A program made the position numbers and the translations under genes. This document shows positions 47,411 through 55,929 of a stretch of 64,000 nt of DNA, in pieces (the first letter of the stretch is position 1; the number at the start of each line of letters is the position of its first letter). A model generated the notes under the pieces. It saw only the letters and a program-made list of their open reading frames with translations. It did no database searches and had not been told where the DNA came from. Source of the DNA: Bacteroidota bacterium (GTDB lineage Bacteria; Bacteroidota; Ignavibacteria; UBA10030; SZUA-254); assembly GCA_035495255.1 (NCBI GenBank), contig DATJGD010000039.1, positions 54,677 through 118,676 of the forward strand, in the 5' to 3' direction.

Positions 47411-47437
47411 TTGTCGAAAATGATTCATTTTCGACAA
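47411..47437. promoter_or_regulatory. Perfect 27-nt palindrome (13-1-13) in the divergent fadD-like/nrdJ intergenic region; candidate operator
   Basis: TTGTCGAAAATGA-T-TCATTTTCGACAA; core ATGAnTCAT resembles TetR/FadR-type fatty-acid operators; 40-150 nt upstream of the acyl-CoA ligase start. Confidence 0.4.
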
Positions 47438-47563
47438 TTATGAAGAGGACTTTTGACTGCAGTCACACTTGCGAATTTGAGTAGATTTTGAGGATTCTGT
47501 CAAGCAAAATATTTTCTTAAGTCCTGTAGAATCATGCGTCAGAAATTTTTAATGAAATATCCC

Positions 47564-47592
47564 TTGACTTCTTCTCCTCAAGTGTATATATT
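47564..47592 (+). promoter_or_regulatory. Sigma-70-like promoter candidate for nrdJ
   Basis: TTGACT-17 nt-TATATT; would give a ~240-nt 5' leader. Confidence 0.3.
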
Positions 47593-47842
47593 CCAACCCA
47601 ATACCGACGAACCTTGGGGGCTCTGTCGGCCGGGAATTCGTAGTCTACCCTTTCTGAGATAATACTGAATATAGAGGAAGTATTAGTGTCGGGACAACAA
47701 CGGGTACGTCATCCTTTTCAATTCCCCTCAACCAGGAAATCACAAGTGTGTTTCAATTTTTTCTCAGGCATTCCATTTCCGGAATCGGCCTGACGATCAA
47801 TCCACAATTTTATCATCACAAGTTTAGAGGAGACTGTTGTAC

Positions 47843-50617
47843 ATGGCAAACCCAGAAATGACAATGCTCGGCGGACGGGATGAGCGGGAGACAATCTCTG
47901 TCGGCATACCTGTTCCCACACCACAACCCGTAGCAGCGAAACGCGGACTCCAGTTCCGCCGTTACTACACAACCCCGGGTGTGCACCCCTTCGATACGAT
48001 CGAATGGGAAAAGCGAACAGCGATCATCAGCAACGAAAAGGGGGAAACGATTTTTGAGCAGAAGGATGTGGAGGTTCCGAAGTCCTGGTCGATGACGGCA
48101 ACCAACATTGTCGTTTCGAAATACTTTCATGGCAGGCTCGGTTCGACCGAACGCGAAAGCAGCGTGCGGCAGCTGGTCGAACGCGTCGCGAAGACGATCA
48201 CAGGCTGGGGCTACAAATCCAATTACTTCGCCTCGGAACAGGATGCGGAAACATTTTACATGGAGCTGGTATTCCTCCTGGTGAACCAGTACATGGCGTT
48301 CAACAGCCCGGTGTGGTTCAACGTCGGCATTGAAGAGAAACCGCAGTGCTCGGCTTGCTTCATCAACTCGGTCGAGGACACCATGGACTCGATCCTCGAG
48401 CTCGCGCGCACGGAAGGACGCCTCTTCAAGTGGGGTTCGGGGACAGGTTCGAACTTATCGACGCTCCGTTCATCGCGTGAAGGACTCTCCGGAGGCGGTA
48501 CGGCATCAGGCCCGGTCTCGTTCATGAAGGGCTACGACGCATTCGCCGGAGTCATCAAGTCCGGCGGAAAAACACGCCGCGCGGCGAAGATGGTAATCCT
48601 CAACGCAGAACATCCGGATATCATGGATTTCATCCGCTGCAAATCGGACGAAGAGAAGAAAGCCTGGACGCTCATTGATTCCGGCTACGACGGCGGCTTT
48701 AACGTGCCCGGCGGAGCGTACGATTCAGTGTTTTATCAGAATGCGAACCATTCCGTACGCGTCAACGATGAGTTCATGCGCGCCGTGGTCGACGACAAAT
48801 CGTGGACAACCAAGGCGGTCCGCGGCGGACAGGTGATGGATACGTACCGTGCCCGCGACATCATGAAGAACATGGCAGACTCGGCATGGATCTGCGGCGA
48901 CCCGGGGGTGCAATTTCATACGACGATCAACAACTGGCATACGTCTTCGAATACTGCGCCGATCAACTCCTCCAATCCGTGCAGCGAGTATATGTTTTTG
49001 GACGATACAGCATGCAACCTTGCTTCACTTAACCTGATGAAATTCCGTGCACCCGACGGCGAGTTCGATATTGAATCATTCTGCCACGCGGTGAGCATTA
49101 CCATCACGGCACAGGAGATCGAGGTAGATAACGCGAGCTACCCGACGCCGAGGATTGCCCAAAACAGTTATGACTATCGCCCGCTTGGGCTCGGCTATGC
49201 GAACCTCGGCGCGCTCCTCATGACACGCGGCCTTGCCTATGACAGCGACGAGGGCCGCTCCTACTCGGCAGCCGTCACCGCGCTCATGTGCGGCCAGGCA
49301 TACAAACAGTCGGCGCTCATCTCTAAGGAAATTGGTCCGTTCAAGGGATTCCCGAAAAACAAAGAGCCGATGCTCAAAGTCATGAAGATGCACGGGCTCG
49401 CGGCCGATAGGATTGAAGATAAGCATGTTCCCAGCGATCTCTTGACATCCGCGCGCAAAGTGTGGGATGACGCCTATGCCATCGGACGCGAATATGGATT
49501 CCGCAACTCTCAGGCGACAGTGCTCGCTCCCACAGGGACGATCGGGTTCATGATGGATTGCGATACCACAGGCGTCGAGCCCGATATCGCCCTCGTCAAA
49601 TACAAGAAGCTCGTGGGCGGCGGTTTATTGAAAATCGTCAATACCACCGTCCCCATCGCGCTCAAAAAACTCGGCTACATCGACGAGCAGATCGAGCACA
49701 TCGTGGCGTACATCGACAAGAACGACACGATCGAGGGCGCACCGCACCTGCGTGAAGAGCATCTCCCGGTCTTTGACTGCGCGTTCAAGGCGGCGAAGGG
49801 CGTCCGCACCATTCATTACATGGGACATGTCAAGATGATGTCCGCGGTGCAGCCCTACATCTCCGGCGCGATCTCAAAAACTGTGAATATGCCGACCAAT
49901 GTGACGTCGGAAGACATTGCCAGCACGTATGTCGAAGCCTGGCGTTTAGGATTGAAGGCGATTGCGATTTACCGTGACGGGTGTAAGCGGACACAGCCTC
50001 TGAACACAAGCCTCGATGAGCTCACGACAACGGCGAAGAAGAAAATTGTCCTGCGCCGCCGTCTGCCCGATGAGCGGAACGCTTTGACGCACAAGTTCTC
50101 GATTGCCGGGCACGAGGGATACATTACCGTAGGCCTGTACGAAGACAATACTCCCGGTGAAATATTCATTACGATGTCGAAAGAAGGCTCCACGATCTCC
50201 GGATTGATGGACGCGTTTGCGACATCTATTTCAATGGCGCTCCAGTATGGAGTGCCTCTCCGGGTCCTGGTCGAGAAATTTCAGCATATGCGGTTTGAAC
50301 CGAGCGGTTTTACCGGTAACAAGGATGTGCCAATCGCGAAATCCGTGCTCGATTACATCTTCCGGTGGCTTGGAAAGAAGTTCCTTCCTCCCGACGAGCA
50401 GCCCAAAGCGGCGGAAGAGAATACAGACACAACAGCTGTGAGCGCCGCCGGCACGATTGTCAAGACCAGCATTTCCTCGTCAATGGAAAGCACGGAGAAA
50501 GAGGTCTACAAGATGCAGGCAGACGCTCCCCCCTGCCATTCCTGCGGAAGCATCATGGTCCGCAGCGGCACGTGCTATAAGTGCGTGAACTGCGGAGAGA
50601 CATCGGGGTGTTCCTGA
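47843..50617 (+). CDS. nrdJ: Class II (adenosylcobalamin-dependent) ribonucleoside-diphosphate reductase
   Basis: ATP-cone-less class II RNR; …SNPCSEYMFLDDTACNLASLNL… (NPC[GS]E thiyl-radical loop); C-terminal Zn ribbon CHSCGS…CYKCVNCG. RBS AGAGGAG 8 nt upstream of ATG 47843 (ORF track starts at TTG 47837). Confidence 0.9.
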   Translation: MANPEMTMLGGRDERETISVGIPVPTPQPVAAKRGLQFRRYYTTPGVHPFDTIEWEKRTAIISNEKGETIFEQKDVEVPKSWSMTATNIVVSKYFHGRLGSTERESSVRQLVERVAKTITGWGYKSNYFASEQDAETFYMELVFLLVNQYMAFNSPVWFNVGIEEKPQCSACFINSVEDTMDSILELARTEGRLFKWGSGTGSNLSTLRSSREGLSGGGTASGPVSFMKGYDAFAGVIKSGGKTRRAAKMVILNAEHPDIMDFIRCKSDEEKKAWTLIDSGYDGGFNVPGGAYDSVFYQNANHSVRVNDEFMRAVVDDKSWTTKAVRGGQVMDTYRARDIMKNMADSAWICGDPGVQFHTTINNWHTSSNTAPINSSNPCSEYMFLDDTACNLASLNLMKFRAPDGEFDIESFCHAVSITITAQEIEVDNASYPTPRIAQNSYDYRPLGLGYANLGALLMTRGLAYDSDEGRSYSAAVTALMCGQAYKQSALISKEIGPFKGFPKNKEPMLKVMKMHGLAADRIEDKHVPSDLLTSARKVWDDAYAIGREYGFRNSQATVLAPTGTIGFMMDCDTTGVEPDIALVKYKKLVGGGLLKIVNTTVPIALKKLGYIDEQIEHIVAYIDKNDTIEGAPHLREEHLPVFDCAFKAAKGVRTIHYMGHVKMMSAVQPYISGAISKTVNMPTNVTSEDIASTYVEAWRLGLKAIAIYRDGCKRTQPLNTSLDELTTTAKKKIVLRRRLPDERNALTHKFSIAGHEGYITVGLYEDNTPGEIFITMSKEGSTISGLMDAFATSISMALQYGVPLRVLVEKFQHMRFEPSGFTGNKDVPIAKSVLDYIFRWLGKKFLPPDEQPKAAEENTDTTAVSAAGTIVKTSISSSMESTEKEVYKMQADAPPCHSCGSIMVRSGTCYKCVNCGETSGCS

Positions 50618-50731
50618 TCCGCAGGCCAGTGTAACTGAGCAGAATCACCAAGCAGCCCGTCCTGGTACACGCCGGGATGGGCTGTGTCGTTCTTAGGCTG
50701 AAAGTAATTCATTAGATTTCGTGGAGGCGAA

Positions 50732-50923
50732 ATGAATCTCTTACCAAAGCAGTACGATCAAATCTCAGATATCCTCAAAGAAACGAGCTCCGTCATCCTG
50801 GGAGGGCTAATCATAGGAACGCTTCTCTCTGAACATCCAGGTTTTCCGCTTGTAACATTAGGAATACTTCTTTATCTTATTTGTGCAGTATCTGCGGTCC
50901 ATTTAAAGAGATCAGGAGAATGA
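50732..50923 (+). CDS. Small two-TM membrane protein, hypothetical
   Basis: 63 aa, …SSVILGGLIIGTLLSEHPGFPLVTLGILLYLICAVSAV…; 114 nt after nrdJ. Confidence 0.4.
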   Translation: MNLLPKQYDQISDILKETSSVILGGLIIGTLLSEHPGFPLVTLGILLYLICAVSAVHLKRSGE

Positions 50924-50925
50924 AC

Positions 50926-51027
50926 ATGGAAGGCGTTATTTATATAGCGGCGATGGTCGCGTTGTTTGCACTCGTGACAGTTGCCCTTACGTGGAAACAA
51001 ACCCATCGTAAGGATTCAGGCAAATAG
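50926..51027 (+). CDS. Unannotated 33-aa single-TM peptide, translationally coupled to 50732..50923
   Basis: ATG 2 nt after the upstream TGA; AGGAGA RBS inside the upstream ORF; MEGVIYIAAMVALFALVTVALTWKQTHRKDSGK*. Below the 60-aa ORF-track cutoff. Confidence 0.3.
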   Translation: MEGVIYIAAMVALFALVTVALTWKQTHRKDSGK

Positions 51028-51172
51028 GTGTACATTTCAGAAAGAAATCTTCCTGGTACCCTTTTAATCTAATTATCCAAATTCCCGTTCTCCATTACTC
51101 TCTTCTGCTCTCTCTCTGTCGCCGTCGGTATCGCCCTCCCTTGCCGCTTTCCGTATTAAGGACACTCAAGCC

Positions 51173-51787
51173 ATGACCGAATCAAATCCCAATGCACGCT
51201 TAGAGGCCTTTTCCGACGGGGTATTCGCCATTGCGCTCACACTCTTGATTATCGACGTCAGGCTCCCTTCGAATGTGAGCATTAAAAGCACAGCTGAGTT
51301 CTGGGGCGCTCTTCTGCGCATCACCCCGCTGATCTTCGCGTTCGTGCTGAGCTTCGGCATCATCCTCATCACGTGGGTAAATCACCACAATAGTTTTAAG
51401 CTGTTAAACAAGTCCTGCTCCGCATTTATTTATGCGAACGGGCTCCTGTTGCTCGCGGTCGCGGTTGTGCCGTTCCCGACAGCCTTGCTGGGTCAGTATC
51501 TTCTTACCGAATATGCCGCCCCCGCGGTCATACTCTATGATTCCGCAATAGCGCTGCTGGCCCTTGGATGGATCTTCATGACCCGCGCCGCATTGAAATA
51601 CAAGCTGGGAAAGAGCGAGAAGGCGGTAGCGATTATCCGGGAGAACAGCAGGTACGCGTTCATCGCATTCCCGGCATACGTTTGTTTTGCAATCATTGCG
51701 ATCTGGTTTCCCCTTGCCGTCGCCCTTGTCATTACAGCCATCTGGATCTTTTGGTTAGTCTTAGGAATCAAACTTAAGCATGAATAA
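51173..51787 (+). CDS. TMEM175/DUF1211-family potassium-channel homologue
   Basis: Signature TM1 RLEAFSDGVFAIALTLLIIDV (cf. family motif RxxxFSDGVFAIAxTLLVLE); 6 TM, 204 aa. Confidence 0.75.
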   Translation: MTESNPNARLEAFSDGVFAIALTLLIIDVRLPSNVSIKSTAEFWGALLRITPLIFAFVLSFGIILITWVNHHNSFKLLNKSCSAFIYANGLLLLAVAVVPFPTALLGQYLLTEYAAPAVILYDSAIALLALGWIFMTRAALKYKLGKSEKAVAIIRENSRYAFIAFPAYVCFAIIAIWFPLAVALVITAIWIFWLVLGIKLKHE

Positions 51788-51790
51788 AGA

Positions 51791-52360
51791 ATGAATATCT
51801 TTGATAATAACGTCGGCCTCTATTTTTACAGCGCGGTTCTCCAGGCGAATACGGCGCTCATCGCCTTCGCGGCGGTGTTCGCAGTCTTTCGTTTTCAGGC
51901 AATTGTCGAGAGCCTGCACCATAAAGATTCAGAGATCACATCGCTCATTGAATATTTTTTCGCGCGGATCCCGATGGAAGCACCGGATGAAATCCGGTTT
52001 CATTTCACTCACCTCACCACGCTGCGGCATGCGCTTGAGGAGATCCTGGCTAATCCTTCTTATAATCCACCGTATAAAGAGTCAGTTCAGAAGCTCTCCG
52101 ACGACACGCATCTTGAAGTTCTGTTCGTGGAACGAACTCACCTGCTCCAAAAGCAGCGCCAGCTGAAGGCGCTCTTCAGGCTGCCCCTGATTTCAGTTCT
52201 CATCGTCATTGTCATGTCATTATGCTTGCTGCCATTATCGAACTATTTCCACAACTATTTGGCTCAATGGGAATATGTGCCGATCGCCGCGACGATTTTG
52301 ACGAATATCTGGTCGCTCGTCATCAACGTGCAGTTCGTGTTTAGGACCATTAACGAGTGA
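51791..52360 (+). CDS. Hypothetical membrane protein (1 N-terminal + 2 C-terminal TM helices)
   Basis: Starts 4 nt after the TMEM175 stop; no motifs recognised. Confidence 0.4.
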   Translation: MNIFDNNVGLYFYSAVLQANTALIAFAAVFAVFRFQAIVESLHHKDSEITSLIEYFFARIPMEAPDEIRFHFTHLTTLRHALEEILANPSYNPPYKESVQKLSDDTHLEVLFVERTHLLQKQRQLKALFRLPLISVLIVIVMSLCLLPLSNYFHNYLAQWEYVPIAATILTNIWSLVINVQFVFRTINE

Positions 52361-52373
52361 ACGCCGATCCCTC

Positions 52374-52754
52374 ATGCCCTCCTCAAAGGCTCCTCTTCCC
52401 GTTACTCTTCTCGCCTGGCTCTTCATCCTTGTCGGTGTCGTCGGGATCGGCTACCACTCAACCGAGCTGAATCTCCACGACCCGTTTGCGGACGGGCATC
52501 TGGTACTCGGACTGCTTGTCCGCCTGCTCGCGATTATCGGAGGAGTGCTGCTCTTGAGAAAAGTCTTCTGGGCGCGCTGGATTCTTATTCTCTGGACACT
52601 GTACCATGTTGTGCTGAGTGCGACGCATAGCGTGCCGCAACTCGTTCTCCATTGTGTTGTCATGATTGTTGTGACGTATATACTTCTCCGCCCGGCAAGT
52701 GCAGCGTACTTCAAGGAATTGACGAGCCAACAGCAAAACGAGCACACGCTGTAG
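52374..52754 (+). CDS. Hypothetical 4-TM membrane protein
   Basis: 126 aa; hydrophobic segments LLAWLFILVGVVGIGY, LVLGLLVRLLAIIGGVLLL, WILILWTLYHVVL, LVLHCVVMIVVTYILL. Confidence 0.4.
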   Translation: MPSSKAPLPVTLLAWLFILVGVVGIGYHSTELNLHDPFADGHLVLGLLVRLLAIIGGVLLLRKVFWARWILILWTLYHVVLSATHSVPQLVLHCVVMIVVTYILLRPASAAYFKELTSQQQNEHTL

Positions 52755-52868
52755 TTCGTGCATGCCATCCTCGCCTGCCTCGCTTCCCGCGTTCAATCCG
52801 CCCGGCGTACTTGCACTTCGCGGCCCCTTTAATTATCATGTCGAAAGGATGAATACCACATCGACAGT

Positions 52869-53258
52869 ATGGCGGAGATAAACGATCTTCACACCCCCGA
52901 ACGTCCGGTTGCAGGATACGTGGCGGTGCAAATCATTACCCTTATCGCCTCGATCATTGCCATTATTTGGGGCGTTGCACTCGCATTCGCGGTCGCGTTC
53001 CCGGGCCCTAGCGGCGAGTGGGCGGCAATGGGAATCTTCTTCGCGTATATCGTAAATTTCCCGGTTGGCGCCATCACACTGGCGCTCGCTCTGGTACTTC
53101 GACGCGGGAGCCCGAAGCTTCGCCGGTTCTGCATCATTACAGCGACCATTGCGCTTCTCATACCCCTTTTGGTACATGCTATCGACCGCTACAACACCCG
53201 GTGGAAATATAAAATCGTAAGCTGTCCGGACACCGCGCTTCCCAGGAATTTTGGTTGA
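52869..53258 (+). CDS. Hypothetical 3-4-TM membrane protein
   Basis: 129 aa; overlaps the GNAT gene start by 8 nt. Confidence 0.4.
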   Translation: MAEINDLHTPERPVAGYVAVQIITLIASIIAIIWGVALAFAVAFPGPSGEWAAMGIFFAYIVNFPVGAITLALALVLRRGSPKLRRFCIITATIALLIPLLVHAIDRYNTRWKYKIVSCPDTALPRNFG

Positions 53259-53697
53259 ACTGATGGCCCTCACCGTCAAGCGGGTGCGCGCATTTGATCC
53301 GATGCTTCTCCAACAACTCTTTTCGGAATCAGGCTCAACAACCATTTCACCGAACCCCGCCTTTTTCGAGGACCGAAAGAACATCCTCCTCGTCGCATAT
53401 GAAGGACTCCGCCCGTGCGGATTCCTCTGCGGATACCTGCTGACGAGTCTGCGTGTACAATCTCCGAAACTGTTTCTTTATTCGATCGATGTCGCGCCCG
53501 AGTACCGGCGCAGGGGAGCAGGAACCCTCCTCATATCGGAGTTGACATCCATCGCCCGGGATAATTCGTGCAGCGAAATATTTGTTCTTTCCAACAAGAG
53601 TAACAACGCGGCAGTCCGGCTCTATGAACGCACCGGCGGAAGGCCGGAAAACCCCGATGATGTGATGTTCGTGTACCGGCTTGAACAGAGTGCATAG
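53251..53697 (+). CDS. GNAT-family N-acetyltransferase
   Basis: Acetyl-CoA-binding motif …VAPEYRRRGAGTLLISEL…NNAAVRLYERTGG. Confidence 0.75.
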   Translation: MVELMALTVKRVRAFDPMLLQQLFSESGSTTISPNPAFFEDRKNILLVAYEGLRPCGFLCGYLLTSLRVQSPKLFLYSIDVAPEYRRRGAGTLLISELTSIARDNSCSEIFVLSNKSNNAAVRLYERTGGRPENPDDVMFVYRLEQSA

Positions 53698-53828
53698 AGA
53701 GCGAGGGCAGGCGGATATTGGAAGACGCGGGAATGGAATGGAAATGTTTCACTGGAGACATACGGGAGGTGAATGTGGATGTGGATTTGGAGTTCGAGTT
53801 CGTATTCCGTATAATTTGCCATCGAGTA

Positions 53829-53855
53829 GGGCGATGGATGCCCAATGACTCCTAC
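53829..53855 (+). ncRNA. Candidate degenerate fluoride riboswitch (crcB-motif-like) element in the crcB leader
   Basis: GGGCGAUGGAUGCCC then AAUGACUCCUAC directly upstream of the RBS/ATG of crcB. Matches the 5' (GGCGAUGG…) and 3' (…AUGAnUCCUAC) conserved blocks of the crcB motif but lacks the internal stem. TATAAT box at 53808-53813. Confidence 0.35.
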
Positions 53856-53869
53856 TGAAAAGGGGAACC

Positions 53870-54262
53870 TTGAAGATGCAGCAAATCTTGTACATCGCCG
53901 CCGGCGGTTCGCTCGGGGCTGTCGCCCGCTACGGCATGGCGGCATATGTTTATCGAATGAGCGCCGGGTCATTTCCCTGGGGAACACTCGTTATCAATCT
54001 TACCGGCTCATTCGTCATCGGAGTTCTTGCGGAACTCTTCGACAACCTCATCGTTCCCTCGATGTGGCGAAGCTTCCTTACCATCGGTTTTCTCGGCGCG
54101 TACACAACGTTTTCTACGTTCACGCTCGAGACGGTCAATCTCATCCACGACGGGGAATTTCGCCTTGCGGCAGGAAATATCCTTGCGAGCAACATCGCCG
54201 GGATACTCCTGGTGCTGTTCGGCATGTATTGCTCCAAATTCATTCTTCGGGCGGCGGCCTGA
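53870..54262 (+). CDS. crcB: Fluoride ion channel Fluc/CrcB
   Basis: 130 aa, 4 TM; …GGSLGAVARY…GTLVINLTGSFVIG…TFSTF… CrcB signature. Confidence 0.85.
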   Translation: MKMQQILYIAAGGSLGAVARYGMAAYVYRMSAGSFPWGTLVINLTGSFVIGVLAELFDNLIVPSMWRSFLTIGFLGAYTTFSTFTLETVNLIHDGEFRLAAGNILASNIAGILLVLFGMYCSKFILRAAA

Positions 54263-54266
54263 GCGC

Positions 54267-54623
54267 ATGAAACTGCCTGAAGACGCCCTTCTCCTTCGCG
54301 TATTCATCGGTGAGTCGGATCGCCATAACGGAAAGCCGCTCTACGAGCAGATTGTCCTGAGAGCGAGGGAGCTGAACCTTGCGGGCGCGACCGTCCTGAG
54401 GGGAATCATGGGCTTCGGCGCCGACAGCCGGATTCACACGGCGAAACTCCTGGAACTGTCGATTGATTTGCCGATCGTCATCGAGATTGTCGATACCGAA
54501 GAGAACATTGATAAACTTCTCCCATTCCTCGATGAAACAGTGACCGAAGGCCTGGTGACACTGGAACGGATGCGCGTTATTGCGTACAGGCATAGCGGAA
54601 ACAAGACAACGTCCACACGATAG
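54267..54623 (+). CDS. DUF190 (PII-like fold) protein, commonly co-encoded with crcB
   Basis: MKLPEDALLLRVFIGESDRHNGKPLYEQIV…GATVLRGIMGFG; starts 5 nt after the crcB stop. Confidence 0.7.
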   Translation: MKLPEDALLLRVFIGESDRHNGKPLYEQIVLRARELNLAGATVLRGIMGFGADSRIHTAKLLELSIDLPIVIEIVDTEENIDKLLPFLDETVTEGLVTLERMRVIAYRHSGNKTTSTR

Positions 54624-54635
54624 CAAAAGGAACCC

Positions 54636-55103
54636 ATGCAATCGAAAGCGAAAACCCCAAAAGAGTACGTCGACTCGCTGCCGGAAGAGCGGAAGAAGGC
54701 GATTTCCGAACTTAGGAAAGTTATCAAAAAGAATCTTCCGAAAGGCTTCGTGGAAGAAATGAGCTACGGAATGCTTGGGTATGTGGTACCTCATTCTCTA
54801 TACCCTCCCGGATACCATTGCAATCCTGAGCTGCCGCTGCCGTTTATGAACATCGCGTCGCAAAAAAACTTCATCTCCGTGTACCATATGGGCGTCTATG
54901 CCGACAAGGCGACGGCGAAGTGGCTTATGACAGAGTACACGAAGCGTACCGGAAAGAAAGTAGACTCCGGAAAAAGCTGCCTGCGGTTTAAGAAGCCCGG
55001 CGATATCCCCTACGAGCTTATCGGAGAGCTTGCTTCACGGATAACGCCGAAGCAATGGATAGCCGCCTATGAAAAACTGTACAAAGGAAAATCGAAGTCG
55101 TGA
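54636..55103 (+). CDS. DUF1801 (YdhG-like) domain protein
   Basis: …KTPKEYVDSLPEERKKAISELRKVIKKNLPKGFVEEMSYGMLGY…. Confidence 0.6.
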   Translation: MQSKAKTPKEYVDSLPEERKKAISELRKVIKKNLPKGFVEEMSYGMLGYVVPHSLYPPGYHCNPELPLPFMNIASQKNFISVYHMGVYADKATAKWLMTEYTKRTGKKVDSGKSCLRFKKPGDIPYELIGELASRITPKQWIAAYEKLYKGKSKS

Positions 55104-55176
55104 ATACTCAATGCCGACGGGCCGCCTTCAGCAGTTATCTTAATTCATCATCTACCCACATCACAGGAGACGCACT

Positions 55177-55737
55177 ATGGTAGAACTATCCGCACTCTGG
55201 CTCCCCATTCTTCTTTCCGGGGTGTTCGTATTCTTTGCCAGCTTTGTCCTTCACATGTTATTGCCGTTCCATAAAGGGGATTATCTGAAAGCCCCGAACG
55301 AGGACCGGGTCATGGACTCGATCCGCGCACTCGAGCTTCCCCCCGGCGATTATATGATGCCGAAGGCCTGCGATAGGAAAGAGATGAAATCGGCCGAGTT
55401 CGACGCGAAGATGAAAAAAGGGCCCGTGATGATGTTTACCGTGTTCCCCTCAGGTCCTATCTCTATGGGCTCCAGCCTTGCGCAATGGTTTGTGTATTGC
55501 GTGATCGTAGGAATCTTCGCCGCCTATGTCTCCGGCCGCGCGCTTCCGGTTGGCGTCGACTATCTTCATGTCTTCCGGTTTGCAGGCGTAAGCGCATTCA
55601 TGTGTTACTCTGTTGCGCTGTGGCAGAATTCGATCTGGTACAAACGGTCGTGGATGACAACATTTAAGCTGACGATCGACGGGCTCGTCTATGCCCTGCT
55701 TACTGCCGGGGTGTTTGGCTGGCTCTGGCCCCGTTGA
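55177..55737 (+). CDS. Hypothetical membrane protein
   Basis: 186 aa; 1 N-terminal and ~3 C-terminal TM helices; no motifs recognised. Confidence 0.4.
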   Translation: MVELSALWLPILLSGVFVFFASFVLHMLLPFHKGDYLKAPNEDRVMDSIRALELPPGDYMMPKACDRKEMKSAEFDAKMKKGPVMMFTVFPSGPISMGSSLAQWFVYCVIVGIFAAYVSGRALPVGVDYLHVFRFAGVSAFMCYSVALWQNSIWYKRSWMTTFKLTIDGLVYALLTAGVFGWLWPR

Positions 55738-55780
55738 GCCTGAGATTCCCTGCCGCGATATCCGTGAGTCTCTCCGAGGA

Positions 55781-55820
55781 GATGCAACGTTGATCAAGAG
55801 TGGCAATGTTGCATTTCCTC
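55781..55820 (+). terminator. Hairpin downstream of 55177..55737 (weak terminator candidate)
   Basis: ATGCAACGTTG-11 nt-CAATGTTGCAT (10/11 bp) followed by TTTCCTCC. Confidence 0.3.
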
Positions 55821-55873
55821 CAGATTTAGCGAAATAAGCCTTTCTGTATCCCCGGAATTAGGACATTTCCCCA

Positions 55874-55902
55874 TTGACAAGGCGATGAATTAATAGTACA
55901 TT
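55874..55902 (+). promoter_or_regulatory. Sigma-70-like promoter candidate for the giant T9SS adhesin gene
   Basis: TTGACA-17 nt-TACATT, ~70 nt upstream of ATG 55975. Confidence 0.3.
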
Positions 55903-55929
55903 TCTGTGTCTTACCTGAAGCATTCTTGA

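Noticed and set aside
47560-47760. NrdR boxes (acaCwAtATaTwGtgt) upstream of nrdJ
   Set aside because: Only half-site-like fragments (e.g. AGTGTATATAT at ~47581) were seen, with no palindromic partner and no tandem pair at ~31-bp spacing.
47373-47842. Cobalamin riboswitch upstream of the B12-dependent RNR
   Set aside because: No B12-box-like GCCACUG core or the characteristic multi-stem junction could be found. Class II RNR genes are not typically riboswitch-controlled.
53786-53800. Second crcB-motif-like fragment (UGGAGUUCG) 35 nt upstream of the candidate element
   Set aside because: It lacks the GGCGA/UCGCC stem and lies upstream of the TATAAT box, so it is probably outside the transcript. 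Noted only as a possible remnant.
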